A stretch of DNA of 64,000 bases, taken from assembly GCF_964213995.1 (NCBI RefSeq), contig NW_027590172.1, positions 62,001-126,000 on the forward strand. Reading direction: 5' to 3'. Every line of letters starts with the position of its first letter. The stretch's first letter is position 1. The notes below the pieces were generated by a model. The model was not told the origin of the DNA. It worked only from the letters and a program-made list of their open reading frames with translations, and did no database searches. This DNA comes from Mustelus asterias. Lineage: Eukaryota. The position numbers and the translations under genes are program-made. Of this stretch, positions 36,981-49,856 are shown piece by piece.

Positions 36981-37101
36981 GGCCCTGATTTTACCGGCAC
37001 GCCCGCCCCAAATTCAGGTGGACAAGGCTCACAGAATGGAATTCTCCATTGCCCTCGGGCACCATCCTACGAGCCTCGGGCAGGCCGGTAAAATTCCGGC
37101 C
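36981..37101. mobile_element. MITE, PIF/Harbinger-like, 121 bp
   Basis: TIRs GGCCCTGATTTTACCGGC / GCCGGTAAAATTCCGGCC; 3-bp AAT duplication on both sides. Confidence 0.8.
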
Positions 37102-37785
37102 AATGTCTCCAGGTCTCCTGCTAAAAGAGGCTGAGCCCAGCCCCCTTTTTACAGCATTAGCTGCTGTACTCTGCTCAATAAGAGCTTAAATGTCCCAAAT
37201 CTTGCGTTAATTGTGCTACTTCCAGCTGATTTTCACAGTAGAAAATGTGATTTTCAGCATCTACAATAATCAAATACCCCGTGGCTGTTTTTTTCGATAT
37301 CAAATTACTTGCAATCTTTTTGAATGAACATGTCAAAACTGAGGGAATTCCCTCTGTGTATTTAATTAGAAATGTCTCACTGTGACTCAAAGAGGAAGAG
37401 TCCAGCTGCCCTTTTACAGTTCTTATCCTTCCAGCTGTGACTCCTCAAATCAACATGGGCCACACCTTGTGATTGCGAATTCTCTTAGGGTGTTTTTACC
37501 AGATTCTCAACCCAGATTTTTCATTTTTTAAAAACTAATTCTCAAGCTCAAAGTTAATTTGTAAAACAGGAAAGATTAGATAGACACAAACCTCTTCCTC
37601 AGGAAGAAATGAAAATGTATCACCATCTGAATATCCTATTTAGAAGATTACAATTTGCTGTACATATTAATAACAGCCATGATCATATTGAATGGCGGAG
37701 CAGCTCAAAGAGCTTCAGCCCACTGGAAGCTAAATCCTGAGACTGGTCAGTCCCGCAGAAAGAAACCGTCCGACCGTCCCACTTT

Positions 37786-38135
37786 GGGGAGGCGATGGCC
37801 TGGTGGAACAATCGCTAGACTATTAATCCAGAAACTCAGCTAATGTTCTGGGGACATGGGTTCGAATCCCACCACGGCAGATGGTGGAATTTGACCTCAA
37901 TAAAAAACATCTGGAATTGAGAATCTACTGATGACCATGAAACCGCTGTTGATTGTCGGAAAAACCCATCTGGTTCATTAACGTTCTTTAGGGAAGGAAA
38001 TTTGTCGTCCTCACCTAGTTTGGCCGACATGTGACTCCAGAGCCACAGCAATGTGACTGACACTCAACTACCCTCTCGAGAGCAACTAGGGATGGGCAAT
38101 AAATGCTGACCAGCGACACCCATGTCCCACACTGA
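37786..38135 (+). mobile_element. tRNA-derived SINE with GGGATGGGCAATAAATGCT tail
   Basis: A-box-like TGGCCTGGTGG, B-box GGTTCGAATCC; LINE-like tail shared with 10830-10870. Confidence 0.8.
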
Positions 38136-38220
38136 ATAAACATAAAACTGTCAGAGTGAACATGGTTCAGTTCTGGATGTGAATAACAGCAGCAATAACA
38201 GCAGAATCCAGTCCCTGTAA

Positions 38221-38960
38221 TCATTTGTGAGCTCACTGGTATCTGAACAGATTGGATAACTGAGTGAATACCATCCTGCACAGACCCAGTGAATGGCCTC
38301 TCCCCAGCATGAAGACACTGGTGTGTCAGAAGGTTGGATGAATCAATGAATGCTTTCTCATTCAGCTGAACAGCCTCTCCCTGTTGTGAACTCGCTAGTG
38401 TGTTTGCAAGTGAGATAATCGATTAAATCTCATCTCACACTCGAGACAGCTGAATGGCCTCTCCCCTGTGTGAACTCGCTCGTGTCTCAGCAGGTCAGAT
38501 GGAGTAGCGAAAGCTTTCCCACACTCAGAGCAGGTGAACGGTCTCTCCCTGGTGTGAACTCGCTGGTGTATCTGTAGGTTGTAGGAGAGAGAGAATCTCT
38601 TTCCACATTCAGAGCAGGTGAATGGCCTCTCCCCAGTGTGAACTCGCTGGTGTGTCTGCAACTGATAACCGACTGAAACTCATCACACACTTGGAGCAGG
38701 TAAATGGCCTCTCCCCACTGTGAATTCGCTGGTGTATCCGGAGGTTGGAGGAGCGAGAGAATCCCTTTCCACACTGCAAACAGATGAACGGCCTCTCCCC
38801 TGTGTGAACTCGCTGGTGTGTCATTACATCGGATGAATTCGTAAATCCCTTTGCACACTTAGTGCAGGTGAATGGTCTCTCCCCAGTGTGACTGCGCCGA
38901 TGAATTTCCAGCTCCGACGGGAATCTGAATCCCTTTCCACAGTGTCCACATTTTCTCCAT
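38221..38960 (-). pseudogene. C2H2 ZNF array, ~9 fingers, several disablements
   Basis: ATG GAG AAA at 38960 followed by an 8-nt deletion; frameshift at ~38660; TAG at 38395; degraded last fingers. Confidence 0.85.
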
Positions 38961-39009
38961 GGTGCCAGTGTCCTTGTATCTCTCCAGGTTTGCTGATCAG
39001 TTGCGGTTG

Positions 39010-39031
39010 GTGTGTGTGTGTGTGTGTGTGT
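39010..39031. repeat. (GT)n microsatellite
   Basis: About 11 GT units, an expansion of the ACACACAC present in the paralogous leaders. Confidence 0.9.
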
Positions 39032-39818
39032 TACACCAATGTTTAAGATCTTTTGAAGCAGATAGAAGAGAGAAACATTTCTCCTGGACTCAAATGCCGA
39101 TGATATCCTGGTCCCAATAATCGAACAATTCTGTTAATTCTTCACTTGATGTTTCCTTTGAGATTTCAATCTGTCAATCCTCCCCTCCATTATCCTGTAA
39201 AAGGAATTGATAAAAGTCATCACCGTCAGTACTGGATAGAAATTCAGAACAGATAATTTTGAATATAACTGGACTAAAAACATGTGGTATACAGTGCCGC
39301 ATTTCTTAATTAGAGAGGTGATAGGAAGGAGATTTGAGAAAACTATATTTACTCCAGATTTTAAAAGCAATCTTTCTGAATTGTAATGTCTCTTTGACTG
39401 GAACTATATAACGTAACGACATGCTGTATTACAAGAATAAAACAATGAATCTTATTACCGAAACATAAATATACCAAATATATGAACACAAGATATATCT
39501 CTGTTGTTACTAATCTAAAAAGTAAACAAATTTCAGAAAGTTCCAATGGAATACTGAAGGACAAGGTTTCACATTTTAAAAAATACTTTACAAATCAATT
39601 TAAAACCAGCATCACTAAATCATGCAAAGAAACATTATTTGAATGCACAAGATAAATTACACTTTAAAAAGCTCAGACAATAAAAACAGGTTCCACAAAA
39701 TCACAAACATTTCCCCCTCAGTATATTTAGCTCTAATTCCAGTTCCAGAGTCCCACAACTCTCTGTAATTCCCAGGGGGAGAAAGAAAGTGTTTTCCTCA
39801 CAGATGTTGTCCAGAGGA

Positions 39819-40099
39819 TGAAGTTTGAGTCTGTGGTGAAGTTTTAGTCTGTGTGTGAAGTTTGAGTCTGTGGTGAAGTTGGAGTCTGTGGTGAAGTTTG
39901 AGTCTGTGGTGAAGTTTGAGTCTGTGGTGAAGTTTGAGTCTGTGTGTGAAGTTTGAGTCTGTGTGTGAAGTTTGCGTCTGTGGTGAAGTTTGAGTCTGTG
40001 GTGAAGTTTGAGTCTGTGGTGAAGTTTGAGTCTGTGTGTGAAGTTTGAGTCTGTGTGTGAAGTTTGAGTCTGTGTGTGAAGTTGGAGTCTGTGGTGAAG
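39819..40099. repeat. 18/19-bp minisatellite, ~15 copies
   Basis: Units TGAAGTTTGAGTCTGTGG and TGAAGTTTGAGTCTGTGTG. Confidence 0.95.
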
Positions 40100-40129
40100 C
40101 TACAAACAGAAGCTGTTCTGTTTCAAATC

Positions 40130-40560
40130 AAACTGCGGGACTTGGAAGAAAATGATGGGAAGAGATTTTGCAAAGTCCCCTCCCCCACTCCCTCAGCTGG
40201 CAGCCCAGCACGCAGGCGCAGAGAGCGCTGCTGAGCCGAGCTGTCCGGAGCAGGCGCAGTGCGGCTGCCGCCAGCGGTCGCTCTCGATCTCTTTTTGGAG
40301 CAGCAGCCGCCGTAGAGAGAGGGGGGAGGGGGAGATCACCGAGCGGCTTCTCGCTCTGGCCGGAGCCGCCAGCCGGTTGCCCGGAAACCTTGGCTCGAGG
40401 AGGTGCAGAGGGAGGGGAACAATAGGTGGGGTGGGGGCGGGACTCCCGTGTCCGCGCGCCCAGGCCTGCGCACTGGAACCCGAGGATGTCACTGCGGTGC
40501 AGACTGATTCCTATTGGCTGATATAGGCAGGCCTCCATTGACGTCACAATGCAAAAGTTT
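40130..40560. promoter_or_regulatory. CpG-island bidirectional promoter of ZNF pair 3
   Basis: High CpG density, GCAGGCGCA NRF1-like sites, GC box at ~40433, ETS CCGGAA, ATTGG, perfect CRE TGACGTCA at 40539-40546. Confidence 0.75.
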
Positions 40561-42083
40561 GTTGATGATTTTCAGAGTGAAACTTCCTCCTCTGGACAAC
40601 ATCTGGGAGGAAATCAATGTTTCCCCCTTTCCATTTCTTTTCTCATTCTGGGGGAAATTGGGCACTTGCAGCAACTGAAGGGAGAGGAAGTGAATTTAGG
40701 GAGGCTGCAGACTGGAACTATTACAGACGAACATCGGGCATTAGGAGCAGGACGAGACCCAGGTATATTTTTCTTTCTCTCTCAAAGATATTGACATCTT
40801 TTGACTCCCTCAGGATGTCGCACCTATTTATCTGGCTAATAGGATAGCCTCTTACCTAATGTTCACAATTAAAGGGGGAGTTTTCCCAGGAGAAGGCAGT
40901 TTAAATGAACAGTAAATTCGCTTGGGACAGAGATATGTTTAATGTAGTTATATGGTACGTGCTATGTTATTTATGATTCCCTATTTCTTGTCTTGATATA
41001 TAAAAGGCACTGTGTCAACGTTACCTATTTCCACTGATGGAGACATTACAACATAGAAGGAATCCATTTGGCAACTCAAATCCATGCCAACCCTCTTTGG
41101 AGCAATTCAGCCAGTCCCATTCCCCCTCTATATTCCCATTCCCCTGAGTTTCACATCACAATGGAATGGATGAGAATTCCAGATGAGCTGAGACTGGGGT
41201 GGAGTCGGGCGATGTCACTGAGATGGAAATAGTGATGATGATCTGGATATGTGGCTGGAAGCTCATCTTTGGGTGAAATATTTCACCAGGATTGTGAACA
41301 GCCTGGTTCAGGTCAGACATGTTGCCAGGAAGAGGGATAGAGTTGTTGGCGAGGGAGTGGAGTTTGGAGAGGGGACTGAAGACAGTGGGTTCAGTCTTCC
41401 CAGTATTTATATGAAATAAATTTCTGTTCGTTTAGTACTGGAAGTCAGATAAGTCAGGATGGTGTGTGGGTTGGAGGAACTCGGAGGTGATGGTGTTTAT
41501 ATCCATCTGCTATCTTGGTCCTTCGAGTTGGTGGAGTTGAGGGTTTGTGAGATTCTGTCAAAGTTCTTGTCAAGTTGTAGATGTATAAAATCCCTTGCCT
41601 TCACCCCGGCCACTCCTACTTCTCTCTATCTCCTCCCAAAGTCTTGTGTAGACCCAGACCTTCTGGCAGGTTTCATTCCCTGAAGGATATCAGTGAACCA
41701 GCTGGGTTTGTATGACAATCCAGCAGCTTTCTTGGTTACCCTTTCCTCACCGCGGCCCCACAAATTAGCAGATGCATTCAGCTCAATTCCACAACCCACC
41801 TTTGTGTTTTTGTGGGTTCTTTCTCACTCACTTTTTTCTGTTTTAAATCAATTTCACAGGGTTTACAAGAAGAAGATTTGCAGTTGAGAAACTGAAACAA
41901 AACATGATATCAGAATCTGATGAGTCGGCCAATTTACTGTAACCTGAATATCATTGTATTTTGAAATTGGAAGAAAAAAGCACCGTTCACAGTGGAGAGA
42001 AACTGTACATGTGTTCTGTTTGTGGATAAGACTTCAACCAATCATCTGGCCTTTGGAAACATAATTGCAGTCACAACAGGGAG

Positions 42084-42923
42084 ATGGCATGGAAGTGTGA
42101 GGATTGTGGGAAGGAATTCAATTACCCATCCCTGCTGGAAACTCATCGACGCAGTCACACTGGGGAGAGGCCATTCACTTGCTCTCAGTGTGGGAAGGGA
42201 TTCACTCAGTTATCCAGCTTACATATACACCAGAGGACTCATGCTGAGGAGAGGCCGTTTACCTGCTCCCAATGTGGGAAGGGATTCAATCAGTCATCCA
42301 ACCTAGCAATACACCAGCGTGTTCACACTGGGGTGAAACCGTTCACCTGCTCTGAATGTGGGAAGAGATTTTCTCACTCATCCACTCTGCTGATACACCA
42401 GCGAACTCACACTCAGGAGAGGCCATTCACTTGCTCCCAGTGTGGGAAGGGATTTGCTGACTCATCTACTTTATTGAAACACCAGCGAGTTCACACTGGG
42501 GAGAGGCCATTCACCTGTTCCCAGTGTGGAAAGGGATTTGCTCAGTCAGCCACCTTGTTCACACACCAGCGAATTCACACTGGGGAGAGGCCATTCACCT
42601 GCTCTGTGTGTGGGAAAGGATTCAGTCGGTCATCAACTCTGCTGACACACCAGCGAGTTCACACTGGGGAGAAACCATTCATCTGCTCTGTGTGTGGGAA
42701 AGGATTCAATCACTCATCCAACCTAGCAATACACCAGCGAATCCACACAGAGGAGAGGCCATTCATCTGCTCTGTGTGTGAGAAGGGATTCAATCAGACG
42801 TCTAAACTAGCAATACATCAGCGGGTTCACACTGGGGAGAGGCCATTCACCTGCTTGCAGTGTGGGAAGGGATACGTTACCTCATCGAATCTTCTGACGC
42901 ACCAGCGAATTCACAAGTTGTGA
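42084..42923 (+). CDS. C2H2 ZNF protein, 10 intact fingers
   Basis: 279-aa ORF. The older MEGKS-type start upstream is mutated (TTG at ~41968, TAA at ~42027); splice acceptor TTTCACAG at ~41858. Confidence 0.85.
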   Translation: MAWKCEDCGKEFNYPSLLETHRRSHTGERPFTCSQCGKGFTQLSSLHIHQRTHAEERPFTCSQCGKGFNQSSNLAIHQRVHTGVKPFTCSECGKRFSHSSTLLIHQRTHTQERPFTCSQCGKGFADSSTLLKHQRVHTGERPFTCSQCGKGFAQSATLFTHQRIHTGERPFTCSVCGKGFSRSSTLLTHQRVHTGEKPFICSVCGKGFNHSSNLAIHQRIHTEERPFICSVCEKGFNQTSKLAIHQRVHTGERPFTCLQCGKGYVTSSNLLTHQRIHKL

Positions 42924-42934
42924 TTGGATTTCAA

Positions 42935-43690
42935 ATTAGGGAGAAACCATGAAAATGTGCAGACTGTGAGGAGAGTTTCAGTTACCTGTCAGAGCTGGAA
43001 GCACACCGGGGGCTGTTTGAAGATGGAGGGTTTCTACAAGCTGCTCTAAGACTTGTCTTCTCTCTGAAACTTCAGGACAGTCTATACTCATTATAGCAAG
43101 TATATTTATGGTTTCTAACTGTAATTGAAGTGGGATCTACATCTCTGAGGAATGTTGCATATTTGGAACTGAAATTGTGCTAAATTAGAAATTAAAGTTG
43201 TTTCCTTTCACTTTTAAATATTGTTCAACTGTTAATAGTTAAGCTGCTTCATTTTTTGGAATTATATTTAAGCTGTTGTTAAATAAAGTTTGTTTTACCA
43301 TGAAAGATTCCTAATTTGTCAGTGGAATTACTCCTGGAGTGAAGCATCCTATCCTCACATTTATGCCAAAATAGAAAACTTTGTTTGGATCTAATCTGGC
43401 TTCCGAACATAATTTATGGGTTCTGGTCCAGGACACTTTTGGAAGGGATTCACTCCATAATCTACCCTCCAACCACCCCCGCTTCACACTGGGGAGAGAC
43501 CTTTTAAATGCCAAGACTGTGAGAACTGCTATAAAAGCTGTAGAGAACTGATGTCTCATCAACGTGTTCACACTGATGAGAGACCATTCAGCTGCTTTTA
43601 CTGTGAGACGTGGTTCAGGGAATCCCTGTACACCAGCGAGTTCACACTGGGGAGAGGCTATTCACCTGCTCTGAGTTTGGGAAGAGATCC
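42935..43690 (+). pseudogene. Degraded ZNF fragment split by an LTR-like insertion (~43010-43435)
   Basis: GGGAGAAACCATGAAAATGT at 42938; finger text at 43440-43690 ([18 protein letters not shown]). Confidence 0.65.
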
Positions 43691-44979
43691 ACTCAGTTTT
43701 GAGGTTCGATTTCCAGTATCTGCAGTATCTTATTTTGATCTGATTTTTTGTTTGATTTATTATTGTCGCATGGATTGGGATCCAGTGAAAAGTATTGTTT
43801 ATTGTGCGCTTTGCAGACAACACATACCGTTCCAGCATTTTCTGTTTTAGTTCCTTTTGAAGGATCCTCCCTCTCTCCTCCATCCTCACCTACAACAGCA
43901 AGTCTGAGGAGCTCATGGAGCTCCTTTGTCACTAAGATTGAGACAGTCTGATCAGCTGCCTCTGCTGTTTCCCTCGCTTCCATTGGGTCAAACTGTGTCT
44001 AACAATTTGCCCAACCCTAAACTCATCTTTCTTTAGTTTCTCTCTGTCAAGCAGTCGATTTAGTAACCTATATTTTTATTGTTGGATATTAGAAATAAGA
44101 TATACATTTAAGTGAGTTTAATTCGGTGTTTCTGTATACAGAAGGGTTAAAACTTTCATAGATTAATGTTAAATAAAGGTGTTTGCATGTATGGGGTTTT
44201 GGTTTCATTTCGAACTGTGCCTGTATTGTATTCAGAGAGTTTACAATGTGAAAACACACATAAGGAAAGACGAGGTAAGGAAAGACTTGGCAACCAGTGG
44301 CCATTTTGGGTCAGAAATAATTTTTGAGTTAGCTGAAGAGGAAACTGCCAGAACCATTAGGCAGAACAATGGAGTAAGGGCAAGAAAGAAAGTCCCAGAA
44401 GTTGAAGAACAGATAGTTCCAGAAACCAGGGAATGAAAAAAGTCTGAGGAAAACTGAAGTCAAAGGGAATCTGAACAAGATACTGTTCCCTGAAGTTAAA
44501 GAAAGGGGTAGAGAGAGGCTTCCAGTTCAAGGCAACACACCTGGTGAAGTTGGCTGGCAAAAAGCCAGAATCTGAAGTAATCCTAAGGTTGGGACTTTGG
44601 TACTACCTGTGAAACAGTGGTGTTCTGTTGATATGGCTGGGTACCTGAGAGATTGTGTGGAAGCTTGAGTGCATGTGATAATCTGAGGCAGAAGAATAGT
44701 GAAAGGAGAGATTGAAATCCTGGAAGTGGATCCTTGCTGAAAAGATCTGAGAGAGTGCGTTGTTTGGGAGAACATTTTTGAGAGTGGATCTGATTGATGA
44801 AAATTTCTGTGCACCAATTTCAATGACAATGTTGCAATTTGTAATTTTACACATGACAGAATCTCAGTGTGATTACTCAGCATCAGGTTATACTCTGACC
44901 GGTGCAGTGCAAATGGTGGAACTTACTGATCAAGAACCGGTCAGAGATTACATTGAATCACAGAGAATTCTCTCATTCT

Positions 44980-45293
44980 TGGGCGACACGGTGACACAGT
45001 GGTTAGCACTGCTGACTCACAATGCCAGGGTCCCGGGTTCGAATCCCGGCTTGGGTCACTGTCTGTGTGGAGTTTGCACATTCTCCCCGTGTCTGCATGG
45101 GTTTGCTCCGGTTTCCTTCCACAGTCCAAAGATGTGTGGGTTAGGTGGATTGGCCATGCTAAATTGTCCTGAGTGTCAGGGGGGCTAGCTAGGGTAAATG
45201 CACGAGGTTATGGGGAGAGGGCCTGGGTGGGATTGTGGTGGGTGCAGACTCAATGGGCCGAATGGCCTCCTTCTGCACTGTAGGGATTCTATG
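44980..45293 (+). mobile_element. HE1-like V-SINE, CR1 tail
   Basis: Head, V-domain and tail GCACTGTAGGGATTCTATG. Confidence 0.9.
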
Positions 45294-45499
45294 AATATCC
45301 AGACCAGAAAGACATTGTTCGTTTTAACTAGTCTGTGCTGGGGTTTATATTTCACACAAGACACCTCCCATTCTATCTCCCTCATTTCAGCCTTTCAGCT
45401 CATCTTTCTAATCTCCTTTCCCTCATGTACTCATCACATTTCCTTTTTAAACTATGAGTTGTCCAGCTAGTTCCTGTGGCAGTGAATTTCACATTGTGA

Positions 45500-45780
45500 T
45501 CAATCTCTGAGTATAGATGGTGAGTGACTTGGAGGGGAACGTGCAGGTGATGATGTTCCCAGGCATTTGCTGCCCTTCTCCAAGGGGCTAGAGGTTGCGG
45601 GTTTGCAACATGCTGTCAAAGAAGCCTTGGTGAGTGCTTGCAGTGCATCTTGTAGGTGGTACACACAGCTGCCATGTGAGTCAGTGTTGGAGGGAGTAGA
45701 TGTTTGTCGGAGGATTGCCAATCAAGCTGCTTTGTCTTGGATGGTGTTGAGCTTCCTGAGTTGTTGGAGCTGCACTAAGT
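45500..45780 (-). mobile_element. LINE fragment, same family as 10830-11090
   Basis: LRKLNTIQDKAA; ARSPPSHS-type C-terminal text. Confidence 0.6.
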
Positions 45781-46605
45781 CAGAAAATTGGAGCTTATTC
45801 AATTGGACACAAGAGTTGTGCCTTGTAGATGCTGGACTTTGGGGAGAAGGATTAAACAGAGCTTTTAGTGGAAAATTCACCTGATCTGGTCCAGACACCA
45901 CGAGGAGGTGGAAATGGGATGTGCTATGATTCTCAATTGAAACCCTACCCAACTGAAAAGGTGAACATTGAAGAGTTGAACACGGAGGGAGGGATGTCTG
46001 TTAGTGTTCTTCAGCAGTGGAAGTGGGGATTGGGATTGCGCTGGAAGAATAGGAGTGATGGTGAAATGAGTCAGCAAATAGGGAACGGTTATTTAACCAC
46101 CAGCTCGGGTTACTGAAGCCTGAATATTGTGGGAGAGAAAAGGTGAGAGTGCTGCAGAGTTTAAAGTGGAACAGGAGAGTTTTAAGCTGGTGGAGTCAGT
46201 GAAATCTGAGTCTCGGTTTTGTCTGCTGTCATTTTACAGAGGCCCCGTTTTGCTGAAAGCAATAGAGAAAACACTGGAAAATCTCAGCAGGTCTAGCAGC
46301 ATCTGTCAGGAGAGAAAAGAGCTGATGTTTCGAGTCTGGATGACCCTTTGACAAACCTTTTTCTCTTTTGGTTTCAGATTCCAGCATCCGCAGTAATTTG
46401 CTTTTATCCCATTTTGCTGAAACTCTTTATTTCCACAGTTACAGAATCAGTGAAAAGACATGACACATTCTTCACAGCAGCATCAAACTCACACTGACTG
46501 TTTCCTCACTCACCTCGAGGTTATCGATTCACCTCCGGCCTCTTCCGTTCACTCCTGCTTCGGGTGTGGTCTCAGAATGGGGAGGGGGAGGATTAGTGAC
46601 CACCT

Positions 46606-47493
46606 NNNNNNNNNNNNNNNNNNNNNNNNNNNNNNNNNNNNNNNNNNNNNNNNNNNNNNNNNNNNNNNNNNNNNNNNNNNNNNNNNNNNNNNNNNNNNNN
46701 NNNNNNNNNNNNNNNNNNNNNNNNNNNNNNNNNNNNNNNNNNNNNNNNNNNNNNNNNNNNNNNNNNNNNNNNNNNNNNNNNNNNNNNNNNNNNNNNNNNN
46801 NNNNNNNNNNNNNNNNCACCCCCCCTCCCCTCCCTCACCCCCCCCTCACCCCCCCCCTCCCCTCACCCCCCCTCCCCTCACCCCCCCTCCCCTCACCCCC
46901 CCTCCCCTCCCCTCACCCCCCCCTCCCCTCCCCCCCCCCCTCNNNNNNNNNNNNNNNNNNNNNNNNNNNNNNNNNNNNNNNNNNNNNNNNNNNNNNNNNN
47001 NNNNNNNNNNNNNNNNNNNNNNNNNNNNNNNNNNNNNNNNNNNNNNNNNNNNNNNNNNNNNNNNNNNNNNNNNNNNNNNNNNNNNNNNNNNNNNNNNNNN
47101 NNNNNNNNNNNNNNNNNNNNNNNNNNNNNNNNNNNNNNNNNNNNNNNNNNNNNNNNNNNNNNNNNNNNNNNNNNNNNNNNNNNNNNNNNNNNNNNNNNNN
47201 NNNNNNNNNNNNNNNNNNNNNNNNNNNNNNNNNNNNNNNNNNNNNNNNNNNNNNNNNNNNNNNNNNNNNNNNNNNNNNNNNNNNNNNNNNNNNNNNNNNN
47301 NNNNNNNNNNNNNNNNNNNNNNNNNNNNNNNNNNNNNNNNNNNNNNNNNNNNNNNNNNNNNNNNNNNNNNNNNNNNNNNNNNNNNNNNNNNNNNNNNNNN
47401 NNNNNNNNNNNNNNNNNNNNNNNNNNNNNNNNNNNNNNNNNNNNNNNNNNNNNNNNNNNNNNNNNNNNNNNNNNNNNNNNNNNNNNNNNNNNN
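46606..47493. other. Two assembly gaps (46606-46816, 46943-47493) flanking a C-rich (CCCCCCCTCCCCTCA)n island
   Basis: N runs; 15-bp C-rich repeat at 46817-46942. Confidence 0.95.
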
Positions 47494-47559
47494 AATTCTG
47501 ATTCTAGGATCGCATGATAAAGACTCAGGAGGAAAAAAGCAGAAATATTTATGTGAAAT

Positions 47560-47920
47560 AGTGTGACATAAACCCAATATCCCGGTTGAGGCCGTCCTAT
47601 GTCACACTATTTGTAACTCCCACAGTTGCGTGGACCTGCAGAGTTTCACTGGCTGTCTTGTCTGGAGACAATACACATCTTTTTAGCCTGTCTTGATGCT
47701 CTCTCCACTCCCATTGTTTTGTTTCTTAAAGACTGGATTAGTTGTAAGTATTCGCATTCCAACCATTATTCATGTAAATTGAGTCTGTGTCTTATAAGTT
47801 CTGTTTGTGAACAGAATTCCCACTCACCTGAAGAAGGGGCTCAGAGCCTCGAAAGCTTGTGTGGCTTTTGCTACCAAATAAACCTGTTGGACTTTAACCT
47901 GGTGTTGTTAAACTTCTTAC
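47560..47920 (+). mobile_element. Penelope-like pLTR with 5' inverted piece and hammerhead at 47820-47864
   Basis: 47560-47597 is an inverted GIY-YIG end; CAC-CTGAAGA-A-GGGGC(TCAGA)GCCTC-GAAA-GCT-T-GTG. Confidence 0.8.
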
Positions 47921-48058
47921 AGCCAGAGATGCCCATGTCCCACGAATGAATAAAAAGAATTGGGCCCAATCTACTCAACCTCTCAGGCTCCACAGCCCTG
48001 AATGGTTTCCTCTTCCTATTTTCCTGGCTCCCCCTCACATACAAAGTACGGATCTCAC

Positions 48059-48219
48059 CTGTTGCGGCTGGATGAATGCCAGCCAGTCAGAGGCGTGTGT
48101 GGGCAGCAGCCCCATTGCCTGGCACTTGTAGATGGCCAAGGCCAACCCCAGCAGGTTGCCGATGAAGTAGATGAGACGCTGCAGCCAGTGCTGATTCGAA
48201 TTCCCCAGGACCCTAAAGA
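48059..48219 (-). pseudogene. EMC4: EMC4 exon 4 (161 nt)
   Basis: [53 protein letters not shown], with AG/GT splice sites. Confidence 0.9.
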
Positions 48220-48289
48220 CTGAGAGCGAGAATGGAAAAGCAGGAAGTTCAGGAACATGTGAGAATCTTTCCTCATAACACAGCCCATC

Positions 48290-49660
48290 CATTTTAGGTA
48301 TCAGTGTCTGGTAAACCGTCTCTGAACTGTCTCCAGCATACTTGCACACTTCCTTAAATAAGGTGACCAATATTGCACACAGTACTCCAGATGTGGTCTC
48401 ACTAGTGACCTGTACAACTGAAGCATAACCTCCCTAGTTCTGTATTTAATTCCCATCACAATGAATGATAACATTCTATTAGTTTTCCTAATTACTTGCT
48501 GTACCTGCATATTAGCCTTTTGTGATTTATGCACTCGGACACCCAGATCTTGATCAATTGGGCCAGTGGGCTGACGAATGGCAGATGGAGTTTAATTTAG
48601 ACAAATGCGAGGTGATGCATTTTGTAGATTGAACCAGGGCAGGACTTACTCAGTTAATGGTAGGGCGTTGGGGAGAGTTACAGAACAAAGAGATCTAGGG
48701 GCACATGTTCATAGCTCCTTGAAAGTGGAGTCACAGGTGGACAGAGTGGTGAAGAAGGCATTCGGCATGCTTGGTTTCATCGGTCAGAACATTGAATACA
48801 GGAGTTGGAATGTCTTGTTGAAGTTGTCCAAGACATTGGTAAGGCCACACTTGGAATACTGTGTGCAATTCTGGTCACCCTATTATAGAAAGGATATTAT
48901 TAAACTGGAAAGAGTGCAGAAAAGATTTACTAGGATGCTACCGGGACTTGATGGATTGAGTTATAAGGAGAGGCTGGATAGACTGGGACGTTTTTCTCTC
49001 GAGCGTAGGAAGCTGAGCAGTGATCTTAGAGAGGTCTATAAAATAATGAGGGGCACAGATCAACTAGATAGTCAATACCTTTTCCCAAAGGTAGGGGAGT
49101 CTAAAACTAGAGGGCATAGGTTAAGGTGAGAGGGGAGAGATACAAAAGTGTCCAGAGGGGCAATTGTTTCACACAGAGGGTGGTGAGTGTCTGGAACAAG
49201 CTGCCAGAGGTAGTAGTAGGGGCAGGTACAATTTTGTCTTTTAAAAAGCATTTAGACAGTTACATGGGTACGATGGGTTTAGAGGGATATGGGCCAAATG
49301 CGGGCAATTGGGATTAGCTTAGGGGTTTTAAAAAAGAAAGGGCGGCAAGGACAAGTTGGGCCGAAGGGCCTGTTTCCCTGCTGTAAACCTTTATGACTCT
49401 CTGACTCAATCCCTCTGATTCTCAAAGCTCTGCAATCTCTCACCATTGAGACAAAATGCTTCTTTTTCATTCTTCCTGCTGAAATGGACAATTTCATATT
49501 TGCCCAAATTCTACTCCATTTACCAGATATTTCCCCACTCACTTAACCTTTCTGTCTTTCTGTACTCTCTGTATGTCCGCTTCACAACTTACTTTCCCAC
49601 CTATCTGTGCGTTATCGGCAAATTTGCCAAACATCCTTTCATCCAGTCATTCATATAAAT
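48290..49660. mobile_element. CR1 fragment (-; 48290-48550 and 49405-49660) interrupted by a plus-strand CR1/HER1 3' end (48553-49400)
   Basis: ORFs 48301..48534 (-) and 48605..49317 (+) contain RPHLEYCVQ(Y/F)WSP. Confidence 0.85.
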
Positions 49661-49856
49661 TTCATTCCTTGCCCTAAATTTGATTCCTTTTCCACTATTT
49701 AGTTTAAAACCGTCTCTATTTTCCTCATTATGGGGTTCGCAAGAACACCAGCCCCAGCACAGTTCAGGTGTAGATTGTCCCAATGGTACAGATCCCACTT
49801 TACCCAGTACTGGTGTCAGTGTCCCATCAACCAGAACCCACCTCCCACACCAGTTA

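Noticed and set aside
39819-40099. Regularly spaced repeats as a CRISPR array
   Set aside because: No spacers; simple minisatellite.
44050-44960. LTR-like segment (also ~1350-1960 and ~2700-3300)
   Set aside because: Composition is suggestive, but no termini, TSD, PBS or second copy is visible.
46460-47577. Long Pro/Gly-rich ORFs
   Set aside because: Artefacts of N gaps and a C-rich repeat.
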